A stretch of 64,000 nucleotides of DNA from Eubacteriales bacterium (GCA_045649105.1 JAZRPG010000041.1:10566-74565), one strand, 5' to 3'; positions 20,566 to 31,316 are shown, numbered from the stretch's first letter. Notes: a model not told the origin generated them from the letters alone. Program-made: numbers and translations.

Positions 20566-22746
20566 CTAGCTTCTGGTCCTCTTTACATCTATTAAACCGC
20601 GCACTGCATGCAGCTTGTTCATAACAAACTCAAGCTGCTCTTTGCTGTTGATATTCATAACTACATTAACAATGGCATACCCGTCACCCAGGCGGCGGGC
20701 ATCTATCTGGTGGACAGGTATTTTCAGATTATTGAGAACCGTAACAATATCCATAAACAGTCCGTCGCGGTCTTTTGCGGAAACCTGAAGCGAGGTCTGG
20801 AATTTATCCTTTATCTCATCTGCCCATGACACGCAAATCCAGCGGCTTAAATCGTCAGAACTTTTCATTGCATTCGTGACATTCTTACAATCCGCCCTAT
20901 GGACGGAAACGCCATATCCGCGCGTTATAAATCCGATAATCGAGTCGCCCGGTATGGGAGTACAGCAACGCGCAAACTTGACCAGACAGTTTTCAACCCC
21001 CGGGACTATAACTCCTGAATTTGAGCTTGATGTCTTAGGTGTCTGCGAAAGCTTTTCACGTACTGCTTCGTCCTCGCTTTTGCTGTACACCTCACTCCTC
21101 TGCTGCTCGGAGCGGATTCTGTTTATGACACGGCTCATCTTTATTCCGCCGTATCCGAGGCTTGCAAACAGCTCATCTGCCTGCTTAAAGGACATTTTGT
21201 TCGCAACACTTGTGATAAGCTCATCAAACTCGCTCTGCGAAATTGATATGCCCTCTTTTTTCATCTCGCGTTCAAGCTCTGCTTTTCCGCGCGCTATATT
21301 CTCATCACGGCACTCTTTTTTAAACCACTGCTTTATTTTATTGCGAGCCTCGCCCGTTTTTACCATACCTATCCAGTCACGGCTCGGGCCACGGCCTGAA
21401 TTTGAAGTGATTACTTCTATAATCTCGCCGTTCTGCAAGATATATTCAAGCGGAACTATTCTTCCGTTTACCTTCGCGCCGACCATTCTGTTTCCAACGG
21501 CAGAGTGTATTGAATACGCAAAGTCTATAGGCGTTGAACCTGTCGGAAGGCTTATAACATCTCCCTTAGGCGTAAATACAAACACCTCGTCACTGAACAT
21601 GTCGGTTTTCAGTGACCTGACAAAATCCTCGTCCTCAACCTCCTGGTTTTCAAGGAGACGGCGCACCCACAGAAGCTTTTCGTCAAGGTTGTTCTTGCCG
21701 CTTACTCCCGATTTATACTTCCAGTGTGCCGCAATTCCGTATTCTGCAGTCTGGTGCATATCCTTTGTACGTATCTGCACCTCAAACGGGATTCCCTCAC
21801 GCCCGATAACCGTTGTATGAAGCGACTGGTACATATTCGGCTTCGGTGTGCTTATATAATCCTTGAATCGCCCAGGAATCGGCCTGTACATATCATGTAT
21901 GAATCCGAGAACATTATAGCAGTCCGACACCGTGTCCACTATTACGCGCATTGCATAAAGGTCATACACCTCGTCAATTGTCTTGTGCTGTGTATACATT
22001 TTTCTGTAAATGCTGTAAATATGCTTTACGCGCCCCTGGACATCAGCATCTATTCCCGCCTCAAGCAGACGCTCCGTCATGCGCTGCTTGATATGGCTCA
22101 TAAATTCTTCCCGCTCCTCGCTTCTGCGCTCAAGTTCTTCCGTAATTTCGGCATAACCTACAGGGTCAAGGCAGCGGAGAGAACGGTCCTCAAGCTCCCA
22201 TTTTATCTTCTGCATTCCGAGCCTGTGTGCAAGCGGACCATATACCTCCATCGTCTCAAGAGCTTTTTCGCGCTGCTTCTCAGGCTTATGAAACTCTATT
22301 GTACGCATATTATGAAGTCTGTCTGCTATCTTTATGAGTATTACCCGTATGTCCTTACCCATTGCAAGAAACATCTTGCGCAGATTTTCTATCTGTGCCT
22401 CTTCCTTGCTTGTATAGGGCATTCTTGTAAGCTTTGATACGCCCTCGACAATATCGGCGACTTCTTTTCCAAACTTCGCCTTTATTATCTCATATCCTAC
22501 CTCTGTATCCTCTATGCAATCATGCAACAATGCCGAAACCACGGAATCAGCATCAAGCTCCATGTCGGCAACTATTTCTGCAACTGCTATCGGATGCGTC
22601 ACATAGTCACTGCCGTCCCGGCGTTTCTGCCCCTCATGCGCCTGTATTGCGCAGTCGAAAGCAGCTTTAATTGCAGCCTCATCTTCACTTTTCAAATATC
22701 TCTTTATCTTATCTGTTAAATTTTTATATCTCTCATCAGGTATCAT
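20566..22746 (-). CDS. relA: Bifunctional (p)ppGpp synthetase/hydrolase (RelA/SpoT homologue)
   Basis: 726 aa. HD hydrolase (HPIAVAEI...LLHDCIEDT), synthetase, TGS and ACT regions. Confidence 0.97.
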   Translation of the reverse strand: MIPDERYKNLTDKIKRYLKSEDEAAIKAAFDCAIQAHEGQKRRDGSDYVTHPIAVAEIVADMELDADSVVSALLHDCIEDTEVGYEIIKAKFGKEVADIVEGVSKLTRMPYTSKEEAQIENLRKMFLAMGKDIRVILIKIADRLHNMRTIEFHKPEKQREKALETMEVYGPLAHRLGMQKIKWELEDRSLRCLDPVGYAEITEELERRSEEREEFMSHIKQRMTERLLEAGIDADVQGRVKHIYSIYRKMYTQHKTIDEVYDLYAMRVIVDTVSDCYNVLGFIHDMYRPIPGRFKDYISTPKPNMYQSLHTTVIGREGIPFEVQIRTKDMHQTAEYGIAAHWKYKSGVSGKNNLDEKLLWVRRLLENQEVEDEDFVRSLKTDMFSDEVFVFTPKGDVISLPTGSTPIDFAYSIHSAVGNRMVGAKVNGRIVPLEYILQNGEIIEVITSNSGRGPSRDWIGMVKTGEARNKIKQWFKKECRDENIARGKAELEREMKKEGISISQSEFDELITSVANKMSFKQADELFASLGYGGIKMSRVINRIRSEQQRSEVYSKSEDEAVREKLSQTPKTSSSNSGVIVPGVENCLVKFARCCTPIPGDSIIGFITRGYGVSVHRADCKNVTNAMKSSDDLSRWICVSWADEIKDKFQTSLQVSAKDRDGLFMDIVTVLNNLKIPVHQIDARRLGDGYAIVNVVMNINSKEQLEFVMNKLHAVRGLIDVKRTRS

Positions 22747-22755
22747 GACAACCCA

Positions 22756-24795
22756 TCATCTCCCACTGCCGTTAAGCGCTCTGTATATTGCAGAATCCGC
22801 CAAATTCACTTTATTATTATGATCTGCTACCGAAATATGTACCCTTTCCCCGTCACATTCAAACTCAAGAAGCCCTACTTCGCGGAATATCTCAAGTGCC
22901 GTCAGAAACTTATATACCGTTATCCCCCTGTCCGCAGCGCAGATTTTCTTCTGCATCGCGGTAATGGGCGCATCAGCCTCAAACACCTTTTTTGTAATCG
23001 TGCGCCAGATTGTACCAAGCTCGCCATACGAAACAGTCTCAGCACCGGAGCAATCCCCTGCTTTAAGCTTTTCAATAGTGCCGAGTGCGCCGTCTATCCG
23101 CTCAAGCTCCTCCTCGCACGGACGCGCATCCTTTATATGAAGCTGTACACTTCTGCCGTTATAGTTATTTATCTCAGGTGTGAACACGACATCTATGTAG
23201 TCGCCCTCTCCGAAAGAAATCTCCTGAAGTGTCTTCCCGAAATAAACGCACTGGAACCTTTTTCCGTGCTCTAACATAATTTTAAGGTGCCTGTTTCCGC
23301 CTATCGGGAATATTTGTGATACTTTGCAATTATTCATACGAAGCTTTGGCGCCTCATTCATCTTTCCGTACGGCTCCATAATGCTGAGTGCATCAAGCTG
23401 CTCTATCGTCAGCTCATCGGGACTTGCCTCAAAATCTATCTCAAGCACCGGCACATACTCCCGCATCTCCGGAAGCAACGCCTCACAAAGCTTTTTCCTG
23501 AACTCCGGAATATTTTCTCTTTTTATTACAACGCCCGCTGCAAGGTCATGCCCGCCGAATTTTTCGACAACATCTGCGCACTTACCGAGTGCACTGTGCA
23601 GGCTGATACCCGGAACACTGCGACCTGAGCCGCGACAACCATCCTCATCCGACGATATAAGGACTGCGGGTTTTCCAAACCGATTGCATATGCGTGACGC
23701 AACAATACCGAGAACTCCATGATGCCACCTGTCCCCGTCTATTACCGCAGCGCTTTCGTCAAGGTATTCGGGGTGTTCCTCTAGCTTTGCCAAAACCTCA
23801 CTCATTATTTTATTCTCGCACTCCCGCCGCTCGTTGTTCTTTTCACCGAGCTGCGCAGCAAGACGCTTTGCATCCTCCTTATTATCCGCAAACAGCAGCT
23901 CCAGCGCCAGAGACGCGCTGCCCATACGCCCTGCGGCATTTATCCTCGGCCCGATAAGAAAACCTATTGCGCCCGCGCTGAGCGGCTCTTTTTTTGTGGC
24001 ACCTGCATTATCAAGCAACGCTGCAAGCCCCGGGCTTTCCGTCTCCGACAAAAGCTCCACCCCGAGGGAAACGATTATTCTGTTTTCATCACACAGCGGC
24101 ATTACATCCGCAATCGTACCTATGCATACATACGGCAGGTATCTCCTCAAAACTTCCCTGTCATTTCCGCACATCGCACTCACAAGTTTGTAAGCAACGC
24201 CTACACCGGCAAGCCCGGAAAAGGGATACGAACAATCCTCTCTGCTCGGATTTACAACAGCGCATGCCTCCGGCAGTGTCTCTCCGCATTTATGGTGGTC
24301 AGTTATTATCATATCCATTCCGAGCTCTGTCGCAAGCTTTGCTTCATCTACTGCGGTAATTCCCGTGTCGACCGTAACTATGACCTTTACTCCCATATCC
24401 GCAAGCTCACGAAGGGTATTTGAGGCAACGCCGTACCCCTCGCTCAGTCTGTCCGGAATGTAATATGTACAGTCCGCGCCGATACTTTTTAAGTAGTGCA
24501 GCACAGTGTATGTCGCTGTGACGCCGTCTGCGTCATAATCACCGTAAACTGCGATTTTCTCACCATCATTTATTGCAGCATTAAGGCGCGCGACAGCCTT
24601 ATCCATGTCGCGCAAAAGAAACGGGTCATGCAACCCGTCTGTACTTTTTGCGAGGAATGCACGCGCATCGCCTACCGATACAATTCCCCTTGCTGCAAGC
24701 AGCTTTGACACAAGCGAAGGAAGTCCAAGCTCTTCCACAAGTCTCCGCGCAGCGGCTCCATCATAATTACCCGTTACCCATTTCGTTCTCTTCAT
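22756..24795 (-). CDS. recJ: Single-stranded-DNA-specific exonuclease RecJ
   Basis: 679 aa. DHH motifs (DYDADGVTA, ITDHH) and recJ-relA-dtd synteny. Confidence 0.93.
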   Translation of the reverse strand: MKRTKWVTGNYDGAAARRLVEELGLPSLVSKLLAARGIVSVGDARAFLAKSTDGLHDPFLLRDMDKAVARLNAAINDGEKIAVYGDYDADGVTATYTVLHYLKSIGADCTYYIPDRLSEGYGVASNTLRELADMGVKVIVTVDTGITAVDEAKLATELGMDMIITDHHKCGETLPEACAVVNPSREDCSYPFSGLAGVGVAYKLVSAMCGNDREVLRRYLPYVCIGTIADVMPLCDENRIIVSLGVELLSETESPGLAALLDNAGATKKEPLSAGAIGFLIGPRINAAGRMGSASLALELLFADNKEDAKRLAAQLGEKNNERRECENKIMSEVLAKLEEHPEYLDESAAVIDGDRWHHGVLGIVASRICNRFGKPAVLISSDEDGCRGSGRSVPGISLHSALGKCADVVEKFGGHDLAAGVVIKRENIPEFRKKLCEALLPEMREYVPVLEIDFEASPDELTIEQLDALSIMEPYGKMNEAPKLRMNNCKVSQIFPIGGNRHLKIMLEHGKRFQCVYFGKTLQEISFGEGDYIDVVFTPEINNYNGRSVQLHIKDARPCEEELERIDGALGTIEKLKAGDCSGAETVSYGELGTIWRTITKKVFEADAPITAMQKKICAADRGITVYKFLTALEIFREVGLLEFECDGERVHISVADHNNKVNLADSAIYRALNGSGR

Positions 24796-24953
24796 TTTTC
24801 ATTTCCTTTATTATTTATGATTATATTATATCAAATTTTTTTAAAAAAACAACCTTACCGGAATGCTCGGGCATAAGTATTTTATTTTTATTCTTTTAGT
24901 GCTATAATATACAGGAATAACTATTTTATATTTTATGTGGAGGCGATTGAATC

Positions 24954-25808
24954 TTGTTTGAGAAACTGCTTCAAATAAAACCCGGCTCCTCTGAATTCAC
25001 AATTGCCACCAAGGCACTTATACGGAATTTTCGCGAACACGGCGTCGGGTATGCAGGCGGTCAGATAGCATACTTTCTGATTCTGTCGCTTTTTCCGTTT
25101 TTGATTTTTATAAATGCGCTCATTGCCTCTTTTAACATTCCCGCCTTGAGCGTTATACAGTTTTTAGAGCCGTTCTTCCCCGAGCAAATCATTTCGCTCA
25201 TCGCAAAGTATATCGAGTACATCAGCCAAAACCGTGGTATAAGCCTTCTTTCCTTCGGTATTATTCTTGCTGTATTTTCTGCTTCAAAAGCTGTCAGGTC
25301 TCTTGTAAACGCCTTTAACAATGCATATAATATCCCGCCGCAGCGCGGCTTTTTCGCACAGCTTCTGTTTTCGATGCTCTTTATTTTCGTATTCGGAGTG
25401 ATAGTCCTTATATGTATTATGCTCGTTGCATTCGGAAACGAGTCCATATCAGGAATTATCGATGAAATTTCTGTTTCATTTGCTTTTATTGACTTGCTCG
25501 CAATATGGCGCTGGGTCACCATCTCCTTAATAATGTTTCTGATTATATCCGTTATGTACAAGCTTCTGCCGGATAAGAAAATAAAATACAAAGATACTCT
25601 CCCCGGTACTCTGCTTGCGCTTGCCGGATTTATCGTGCTGACATCTCTTTTCTCCCTATATGTGAATAATTTTATGGTAACATCTGCGCTCTACGGCTCT
25701 ATCGGCGCCGTTATCCTCCTTTTGCTCTGGGCGTATTTTGCAGGTACAATTCTTGTGCTGGGTGCAGAGCTCAACAACATATGCGAAATGATAAGAAAAA
25801 AACAATAA
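24954..25808 (+). CDS. YihY/BrkB family membrane protein
   Basis: 284 aa. TTG start with a GTGGAGG RBS. Polytopic, with the GGQIAYFLILSLFPFL motif. Confidence 0.8.
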   Translation: MFEKLLQIKPGSSEFTIATKALIRNFREHGVGYAGGQIAYFLILSLFPFLIFINALIASFNIPALSVIQFLEPFFPEQIISLIAKYIEYISQNRGISLLSFGIILAVFSASKAVRSLVNAFNNAYNIPPQRGFFAQLLFSMLFIFVFGVIVLICIMLVAFGNESISGIIDEISVSFAFIDLLAIWRWVTISLIMFLIISVMYKLLPDKKIKYKDTLPGTLLALAGFIVLTSLFSLYVNNFMVTSALYGSIGAVILLLLWAYFAGTILVLGAELNNICEMIRKKQ

Positions 25809-25815
25809 ACGCACA

Positions 25816-25846
25816 AAAGGCCCCGTTCATAATGAACGGGGCCTTA
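25816..25846. terminator. Shared hairpin terminator between the convergent YihY-family and acpP genes
   Basis: GGCCCCGTTC-ataat-GAACGGGGCC stem. Confidence 0.65.
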
Positions 25847-25865
25847 AATTATCCGTAAGCCTTAT

Positions 25866-26093
25866 TTACATATTTGCTTCGATATAATTTACAACATCAC
25901 CGACTGTTTTAAAGAGGTGCGCATCGCTGTCACTGACAGTAATCTGAAACTCCTCCTCAACAGACATCATAAGCTCAACCATATCAAGTGAATCTGCTCC
26001 AAGGTCATCTATTATGCTCGTATTCTCCGTAACTGTCGAAGGGTCTACATCGAGCTGTGTCTCCAAAATGTTTCTCAAAGTGTCAAGTACCAT
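25866..26093 (-). CDS. acpP: Acyl carrier protein
   Basis: 75 aa. DDLGADSLDMVELMMSVEEEF with a phosphopantetheine Ser. Not inside a fab cluster. Confidence 0.9.
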   Translation of the reverse strand: MVLDTLRNILETQLDVDPSTVTENTSIIDDLGADSLDMVELMMSVEEEFQITVSDSDAHLFKTVGDVVNYIEANM

Positions 26094-26192
26094 AAATTAT
26101 ACCTCCGTAACATAAATTAGTGGCTTCTGCCACATCTTCCTAACACGTATAATAGCACTAATAATCAAGTTTTGCAATAGGTGAATTTCAAG

Positions 26193-27305
26193 TCAGACAA
26201 GTTTCTTTTTTACAAGCTCCAAAAACTTCTCTGCCTCCTCCTCCGTACTGAAGCGGGACAGACTTATCCGCACAACACTGCCCGAAAGCTTATCAGAAAC
26301 CCGCAACGCCCGCAAAACATGGCTTTTCTTACCTCTGCTGCACGCAGAGCCTGATGATACATAAATTTCCGATTCCTCCAGAATCCGCATTGACACCTCA
26401 CTCGGATATTTTGTAAACGCAACAGAAAGAATGTGCGGAGCGGGATTGTGAGGTTCGATTACATATGCATTTTCAAAGGACGCTATCCCATCTGAAATCT
26501 TTTTGCGCAGACGAGATATTCTCTCCATATCCGGCATGCAGCTCTCCGAAGCTATCTTCACAGCCTCCCCGAAAGCGGCAATCAGCGGCACAGACTCCGT
26601 TCCCGAGCGCATACCGCGCTCCTGTCCTCCGCCGCAAATCTGTGGAGCAAGACGCACTCCGCGGCGGATATACAGCGCTCCCACCCCCTTCGGTGCATGG
26701 ATTTTATGCCCGCTTACGGATATTATATCCACTCCCAAGCGGTTTACATTCATCGGAATCTTAAGAAACGCCTGAACAGCATCCGTGTGTATAAGAACAT
26801 CTCTTTTTTTCGCCCTGACAGCGTTTGCAATCGCCCGAATATCCATCACTGAGCCTACCTCGTTGTTAACGCTCATAACCGACACCAGGAATGTGTCATC
26901 TCTTACGGCAGCAGCGACATCCTCAGCATGTACCGAGCCGTCTTCCCCCGGCTCTATAAACGTAACATCATAGCCGCGCGCCTCAAGCTTTTTTGCCGCA
27001 TTCAGCACAGAGGGATGTTCAAATGATGTTGTTATCATATGGCGGTGGCGACCTGAGCGTTCTGCCGCACCGAAAATCGCAAGATTGTTGCTCTCCGTTC
27101 CGCAGGAGGTAAATACAACTTCATCCCCGTCACACCCGAGCACAGCGGCAATCGCAAGTCTTGCCTTCTTAACTTCGAGCTCTGCAGATATACCCATTGC
27201 GTGTAACGATGACGGATTACCAAAACCGTCGCACATTGCCTTCAGAGCTGCATCTGCCGCTTCGCGAATCACTGCCGTGGTCGATGCATTATCAAAATAA
27301 ATCAT
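26193..27305 (-). CDS. Cysteine desulfurase (NifS/IscS family)
   Basis: 370 aa. PLP-Lys motif SVSGHKIHAPKG and active-site SSGSACS. Confidence 0.9.
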   Translation of the reverse strand: MIYFDNASTTAVIREAADAALKAMCDGFGNPSSLHAMGISAELEVKKARLAIAAVLGCDGDEVVFTSCGTESNNLAIFGAAERSGRHRHMITTSFEHPSVLNAAKKLEARGYDVTFIEPGEDGSVHAEDVAAAVRDDTFLVSVMSVNNEVGSVMDIRAIANAVRAKKRDVLIHTDAVQAFLKIPMNVNRLGVDIISVSGHKIHAPKGVGALYIRRGVRLAPQICGGGQERGMRSGTESVPLIAAFGEAVKIASESCMPDMERISRLRKKISDGIASFENAYVIEPHNPAPHILSVAFTKYPSEVSMRILEESEIYVSSGSACSRGKKSHVLRALRVSDKLSGSVVRISLSRFSTEEEAEKFLELVKKKLV

Positions 27306-27443
27306 TTAAAATCTCTCCGCCTTATCTTTATCATATGGGCACTTTTCCGCTTTATCTCAAGCTTTTCTGCCCGAAACACATGTCGTTGCACTCTCTTATT
27401 TTTACATTATAGAATATTTTTTCTGATAAATCCAGTATTAATA

Positions 27444-27473
27444 TTGTAAAAGCAGAGTGAAGTGTGTTATAAT
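27444..27473 (+). promoter_or_regulatory. Candidate sigma-A promoter for purA
   Basis: TTGTAA, an approximately 18-nt spacer, then TATAAT, about 80 nt upstream of the purA ATG. Confidence 0.45.
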
Positions 27474-27553
27474 ATGCGTTGGCATTGATAAGGCGCGGTT
27501 TTGCGCATATATATTTAAAGACTTTTCGGAACTATATAAGGGGGAGTCATTGC

Positions 27554-28828
27554 ATGTCAGGAAAAGTTATCCTCGGAGCGCAGTGGGGCGACGAGGGCAA
27601 GGGCAAATTTATAGATATATTCGCATCGGAGGCCGATTTGGTTGTCCGCTCGCAGGGCGGTAACAACGCGGGTCACACGGTAATTGTAGGTGATAATGTC
27701 TATAAGCTGCACCTCATTCCGTCAGGTATACTCTATAAAGGTACAATGAACATTATCGGGTCAGGTGTTGTTCTCGACCCGAAGGTTATTCTGTCCGAGA
27801 TGGACGAGCTCGCAGAAAAGGGTGCTCCGCTCGACAATTTATTTATCGACTCGCGCACGCATGTTATCATGCCCTGGCACATCGAACAAGATGGGCTTGA
27901 GGAGATTGCCCGCGGTGCAGGCGATATCGGAACAACAAAGAAGGGCATCGGACCCTGCTACATGGACAAAGCTCAGCGCATAGGCATCCGTATGCATGAC
28001 TTTGTTTCAGAGGAAAAGTTTTTTGCAGCAGTTAAGCGCATAGGCACTATTAAAAATAACCTTTTTGTAAAATACTACGGCGGAAAAGCACTTGACCTTG
28101 ACGCAATTGCCGCTGAATACTGGGAGTATGCAAAGAGACTCTCTCCCCTTGTCCGCGATACGACGGTCATGGTATATGATGCGCTCAAGAGTGGCAAAAA
28201 GGTTCTGTTTGAAGGTGCTCAGGGTACGCTTCTCGACCTTGATATGGGTACGTATCCGTATGTTACATCATCTCATCCTGTCGCCGGCGGCGTATGTGTC
28301 GGCTCAGGAATCGGCCCGACACTTATCGATGAAGTTGTCGGCATATTCAAAGGATACACGACACGCGTCGGAAAAGGTCCGTTCCCGACAGAGCTTGATG
28401 ACGAAATCGGCGAATATATACGCTCAGCAGGTGCTGAATTCGGCGTTACTACCGGTCGTGCGCGCCGCACAGGTTGGTTTGACGCCGTTATGGCGCGGTA
28501 TGCCGTCCGCGTAAACGGACTCACTTCTATAGTCATAAATAAAATCGACCCTCTTCGCGGACTCCCGACTTTGAAAATCTGCACAGCATACGAGATGGAC
28601 GGAAAGATTATAAACGACTTCCCTGCCGACCTCGATGACCTTGCTAAGTGCAAGCCGGTTTATGAGGAGCTTCCGGGATTTAACGAGGATATTTCCTCTA
28701 TAAAGCGCTACGAGGACTTCCCTGCAAATATAAAGAACTACATTGATGCGGTTGAACGCCTCTGCGGATGCCCGGTTTCAATAGTCGGCGTCGGACCTGA
28801 CCGCGAACAGATAGTATATAAAAAGTAA
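27554..28828 (+). CDS. purA: Adenylosuccinate synthase
   Basis: Track ORF trimmed to MSGKVILGAQWGDEGKGK (AAGGGGGAG RBS). GDEGKGK P-loop. Confidence 0.97.
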   Translation: MSGKVILGAQWGDEGKGKFIDIFASEADLVVRSQGGNNAGHTVIVGDNVYKLHLIPSGILYKGTMNIIGSGVVLDPKVILSEMDELAEKGAPLDNLFIDSRTHVIMPWHIEQDGLEEIARGAGDIGTTKKGIGPCYMDKAQRIGIRMHDFVSEEKFFAAVKRIGTIKNNLFVKYYGGKALDLDAIAAEYWEYAKRLSPLVRDTTVMVYDALKSGKKVLFEGAQGTLLDLDMGTYPYVTSSHPVAGGVCVGSGIGPTLIDEVVGIFKGYTTRVGKGPFPTELDDEIGEYIRSAGAEFGVTTGRARRTGWFDAVMARYAVRVNGLTSIVINKIDPLRGLPTLKICTAYEMDGKIINDFPADLDDLAKCKPVYEELPGFNEDISSIKRYEDFPANIKNYIDAVERLCGCPVSIVGVGPDREQIVYKK

Positions 28829-28847
28829 TTTTTCAAAACCTATTATG

Positions 28848-28883
28848 CGGCAGCGGACTTTTTACGGTTCGCTGCCGTTTTTT
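28848..28883 (+). terminator. purA terminator
   Basis: CGGCAGCG...CGCTGCCG stem followed by T6. Confidence 0.8.
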
Positions 28884-28904
28884 ATAGAATTCACACCGCG
28901 CGCA

Positions 28905-28952
28905 GTAGAAGATATAGTTATTTTACTAAAAATAAAATACCATATATTGTGT
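28905..28952 (+). promoter_or_regulatory. Tandem NrdR boxes upstream of nrdJ
   Basis: The proximal box ATACCATATATTGTGT (28937-52) matches about 14/16 of the consensus acaCwAtATaTwGtgt. The distal box GTAGAAGATATAGTTA (28905-20) matches about 10/16. Centre-to-centre spacing is about 32 bp. Confidence 0.55.
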
Positions 28953-28960
28953 TTTTGATA

Positions 28961-28989
28961 TTGACAGAAATTCAAATAAGTAGTAAAAT
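28961..28989 (+). promoter_or_regulatory. Sigma-A promoter for nrdJ
   Basis: TTGACA, 17 nt, TAAAAT. Confidence 0.6.
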
Positions 28990-29015
28990 AAATGCTATTG
29001 AAGGAGGAGAATACG

Positions 29016-31280
29016 ATGAAAATATCTGAAAATGCAATCAAGGTTCTCGAAAAAAGATACCTTGCAAAAGATGCAAACGGAAAGGTTACAGAATCTGTTG
29101 AAGGTCTGTTCCGCCGCGTAGCTGATGCAATTTCCGCATCTGACTTAAATTATGACAAAAATGCCGACATAAAGAAAATTTCGGACGAATTCTATAATGT
29201 TATGACGAATCTTGAGTTTTTGCCGAACTCGCCCACACTTATGAACGCAGGGCGTGACCTCGGCCAGCTCTCGGCATGCTTTGTGCTTCCGGTTGCCGAC
29301 TCCATGGGTGATATTTTTGAGGCCATCAAGCAAGCTGCCCTCATTCACCAGAGCGGAGGCGGCACAGGGTTTTCGTTCTCACGCCTTCGTCAGAGCGGCA
29401 GTGTTGTCCGCTCAACGGGTGGCGTTGCGTCCGGCCCCATATCGTTTATGAAAGTATTTAACATGGCTACTGAGGCCGTCAAGCAGGGCGGAACGCGCCG
29501 CGGCGCCAACATGGGAATCCTCAGGGTTGACCACCCCGATATTCTTGAGTTTATCTCCTGCAAGGAAAACACATCTGACATTACAAACTTCAATATATCA
29601 GTCGGAATTACGGAAGAGTTTATGAAAGCCGCCGAGGAGGGACGCGACTATGACCTTATCGCCCCCAATACCGGCGAGGTTGTTGCCACGCTCTCTGCGC
29701 GTGACGTCTTTTCAAAGATTGTAGACCACGCATGGTCAACGGGTGAACCGGGAATAATATTTCTCGACAGGCTCAACCGTGACAATGTCGTCCCGTCGCA
29801 GGGTGAAATTGAATCCACAAACCCCTGTGGCGAGCAGCCGCTTCTCCCCTATGAGTCATGCAACCTCGGTTCCATTAACCTCGTCGAGATGCTCGCTGAA
29901 AATGACTTTGACTGGAAGAAGCTTAAAAAGACAATTAAAACGGCTGTTCATTTCCTTGACAATGTAATCGATGCGAATAAATACCCCCTTGAGCTTATAG
30001 ATTTCACTACAAAGCAGACACGAAAGATTGGCCTCGGTGTCATGGGCTGGGCAGACTCGCTCTTAAAACTCGGAATCCCATATAACTCCGACGAGGCTGT
30101 AGAGCTCGCTGAGAAGGTTATGGGCTTCATTACCGAGGAAGGACGCGCTGCAAGCCGCGCTTTGGCAAAAGTACGCGGTGCATTCCCGCTCTTTAACGAA
30201 AGCATATACAAGGATGAGGAGCCGCTCCGCAACGCAACAGTCACTACAATAGCTCCGACAGGTACACTCTCAATAATCGCAAATGTCTCAAGCGGTGTTG
30301 AGCCTGTATTTGCTTATGCATACATACGAAATGTTATGGACGGAACGGAGCTTCTCGAGGTTTCCTCTCCGCTCCGCGATGAGCTTACACGCCGTGGCCT
30401 CTACAGTGATGAGCTTATGCGCAGCGTCGCAAAAGCAGGAAATCTGCATAATCTTGACGGCATTCCTGACGATGTGCGCCGTATATTCGTATCGGCACAC
30501 GAGGTTACGCCCGAGTGGCATATTAAGATGCAGGCCGCATTCCAGCGCCACACTGACAATGCCGTATCAAAAACCGTAAACTTCCCGAACAGCGCAACCC
30601 GCGAAGATGTTGCCGAGGTATACACACAGGCATATAAGCTCGGCTGCAAGGGTGTTACAATATACCGTGACGGAAGCCGCGATTCGCAGGTTTTAAACAT
30701 CGGTGAGGTAAAGCAGTCGGCAGAAAACAAACCTGCCGCTCCCGGAAAGATTCTTCCGAGAAAACGCCCCGAGGTTACTCACGGCATAACCGAGCGCTGC
30801 GAAATCGGATGCGGAAAGCTTTACATTACCATAAACTATGACGAAAACGGAATTTGCGAGGTATTCACAAACACCGGACGTCACGGCGGATGCCCATCAC
30901 AGAGCGAGGCTACAAGCCGCCTCGTAACAACTGCGCTCCGCTCCGGTGTAGATGCTCAATACATAATAAAGCAGCTTAAGGGCATACGCTGTCCGTCAAC
31001 AATCCGTCAGCCGGACAAGAAGGTCACCTCCTGCCCCGATGCCATTGCCCGCGCACTTGAGGGTGTTCTCAAAAACTACGAAAACGGAAATCTCAAGACA
31101 TGCGGAAGCGTAATAGAGTCCTGCAAGGCTTCGAAAAAGGCGCCTACAGCAGCATCTGCTGCGCATGACATTCCTGCCTCAGCTTCAAAAATCCGCGTAT
31201 GTCCTGAATGCGGTGCTGCAGTTGAGCACGAGGGTGGCTGTGTCGTCTGCCGCGACTGCGGATACTCAAAATGTAACTAA
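29016..31280 (+). CDS. nrdJ: Adenosylcobalamin-dependent (class II) ribonucleotide reductase
   Basis: Trimmed to MKISENAIKVLEKRYL (GGAGGAG RBS). Motifs NPCGEQPL, TIAPTGT, VSKTVN and a C-terminal Cys-rich zinc ribbon. Confidence 0.93.
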   Translation: MKISENAIKVLEKRYLAKDANGKVTESVEGLFRRVADAISASDLNYDKNADIKKISDEFYNVMTNLEFLPNSPTLMNAGRDLGQLSACFVLPVADSMGDIFEAIKQAALIHQSGGGTGFSFSRLRQSGSVVRSTGGVASGPISFMKVFNMATEAVKQGGTRRGANMGILRVDHPDILEFISCKENTSDITNFNISVGITEEFMKAAEEGRDYDLIAPNTGEVVATLSARDVFSKIVDHAWSTGEPGIIFLDRLNRDNVVPSQGEIESTNPCGEQPLLPYESCNLGSINLVEMLAENDFDWKKLKKTIKTAVHFLDNVIDANKYPLELIDFTTKQTRKIGLGVMGWADSLLKLGIPYNSDEAVELAEKVMGFITEEGRAASRALAKVRGAFPLFNESIYKDEEPLRNATVTTIAPTGTLSIIANVSSGVEPVFAYAYIRNVMDGTELLEVSSPLRDELTRRGLYSDELMRSVAKAGNLHNLDGIPDDVRRIFVSAHEVTPEWHIKMQAAFQRHTDNAVSKTVNFPNSATREDVAEVYTQAYKLGCKGVTIYRDGSRDSQVLNIGEVKQSAENKPAAPGKILPRKRPEVTHGITERCEIGCGKLYITINYDENGICEVFTNTGRHGGCPSQSEATSRLVTTALRSGVDAQYIIKQLKGIRCPSTIRQPDKKVTSCPDAIARALEGVLKNYENGNLKTCGSVIESCKASKKAPTAASAAHDIPASASKIRVCPECGAAVEHEGGCVVCRDCGYSKCN

Positions 31281-31287
31281 CGCCTTA

Positions 31288-31316
31288 TTGACACAATCCC
31301 TCTGTAATAGTATAAT
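31288..31316 (+). promoter_or_regulatory. Consensus sigma-A promoter for the nucleotide-sugar dehydrogenase gene
   Basis: TTGACA, 17 nt, TATAAT. Confidence 0.6.

Noticed and set aside
28884-29015. Cobalamin riboswitch upstream of the B12-dependent RNR
   Set aside because: The region is only about 130 nt and is occupied by NrdR boxes and a promoter. No B12-box-like sequence is present.
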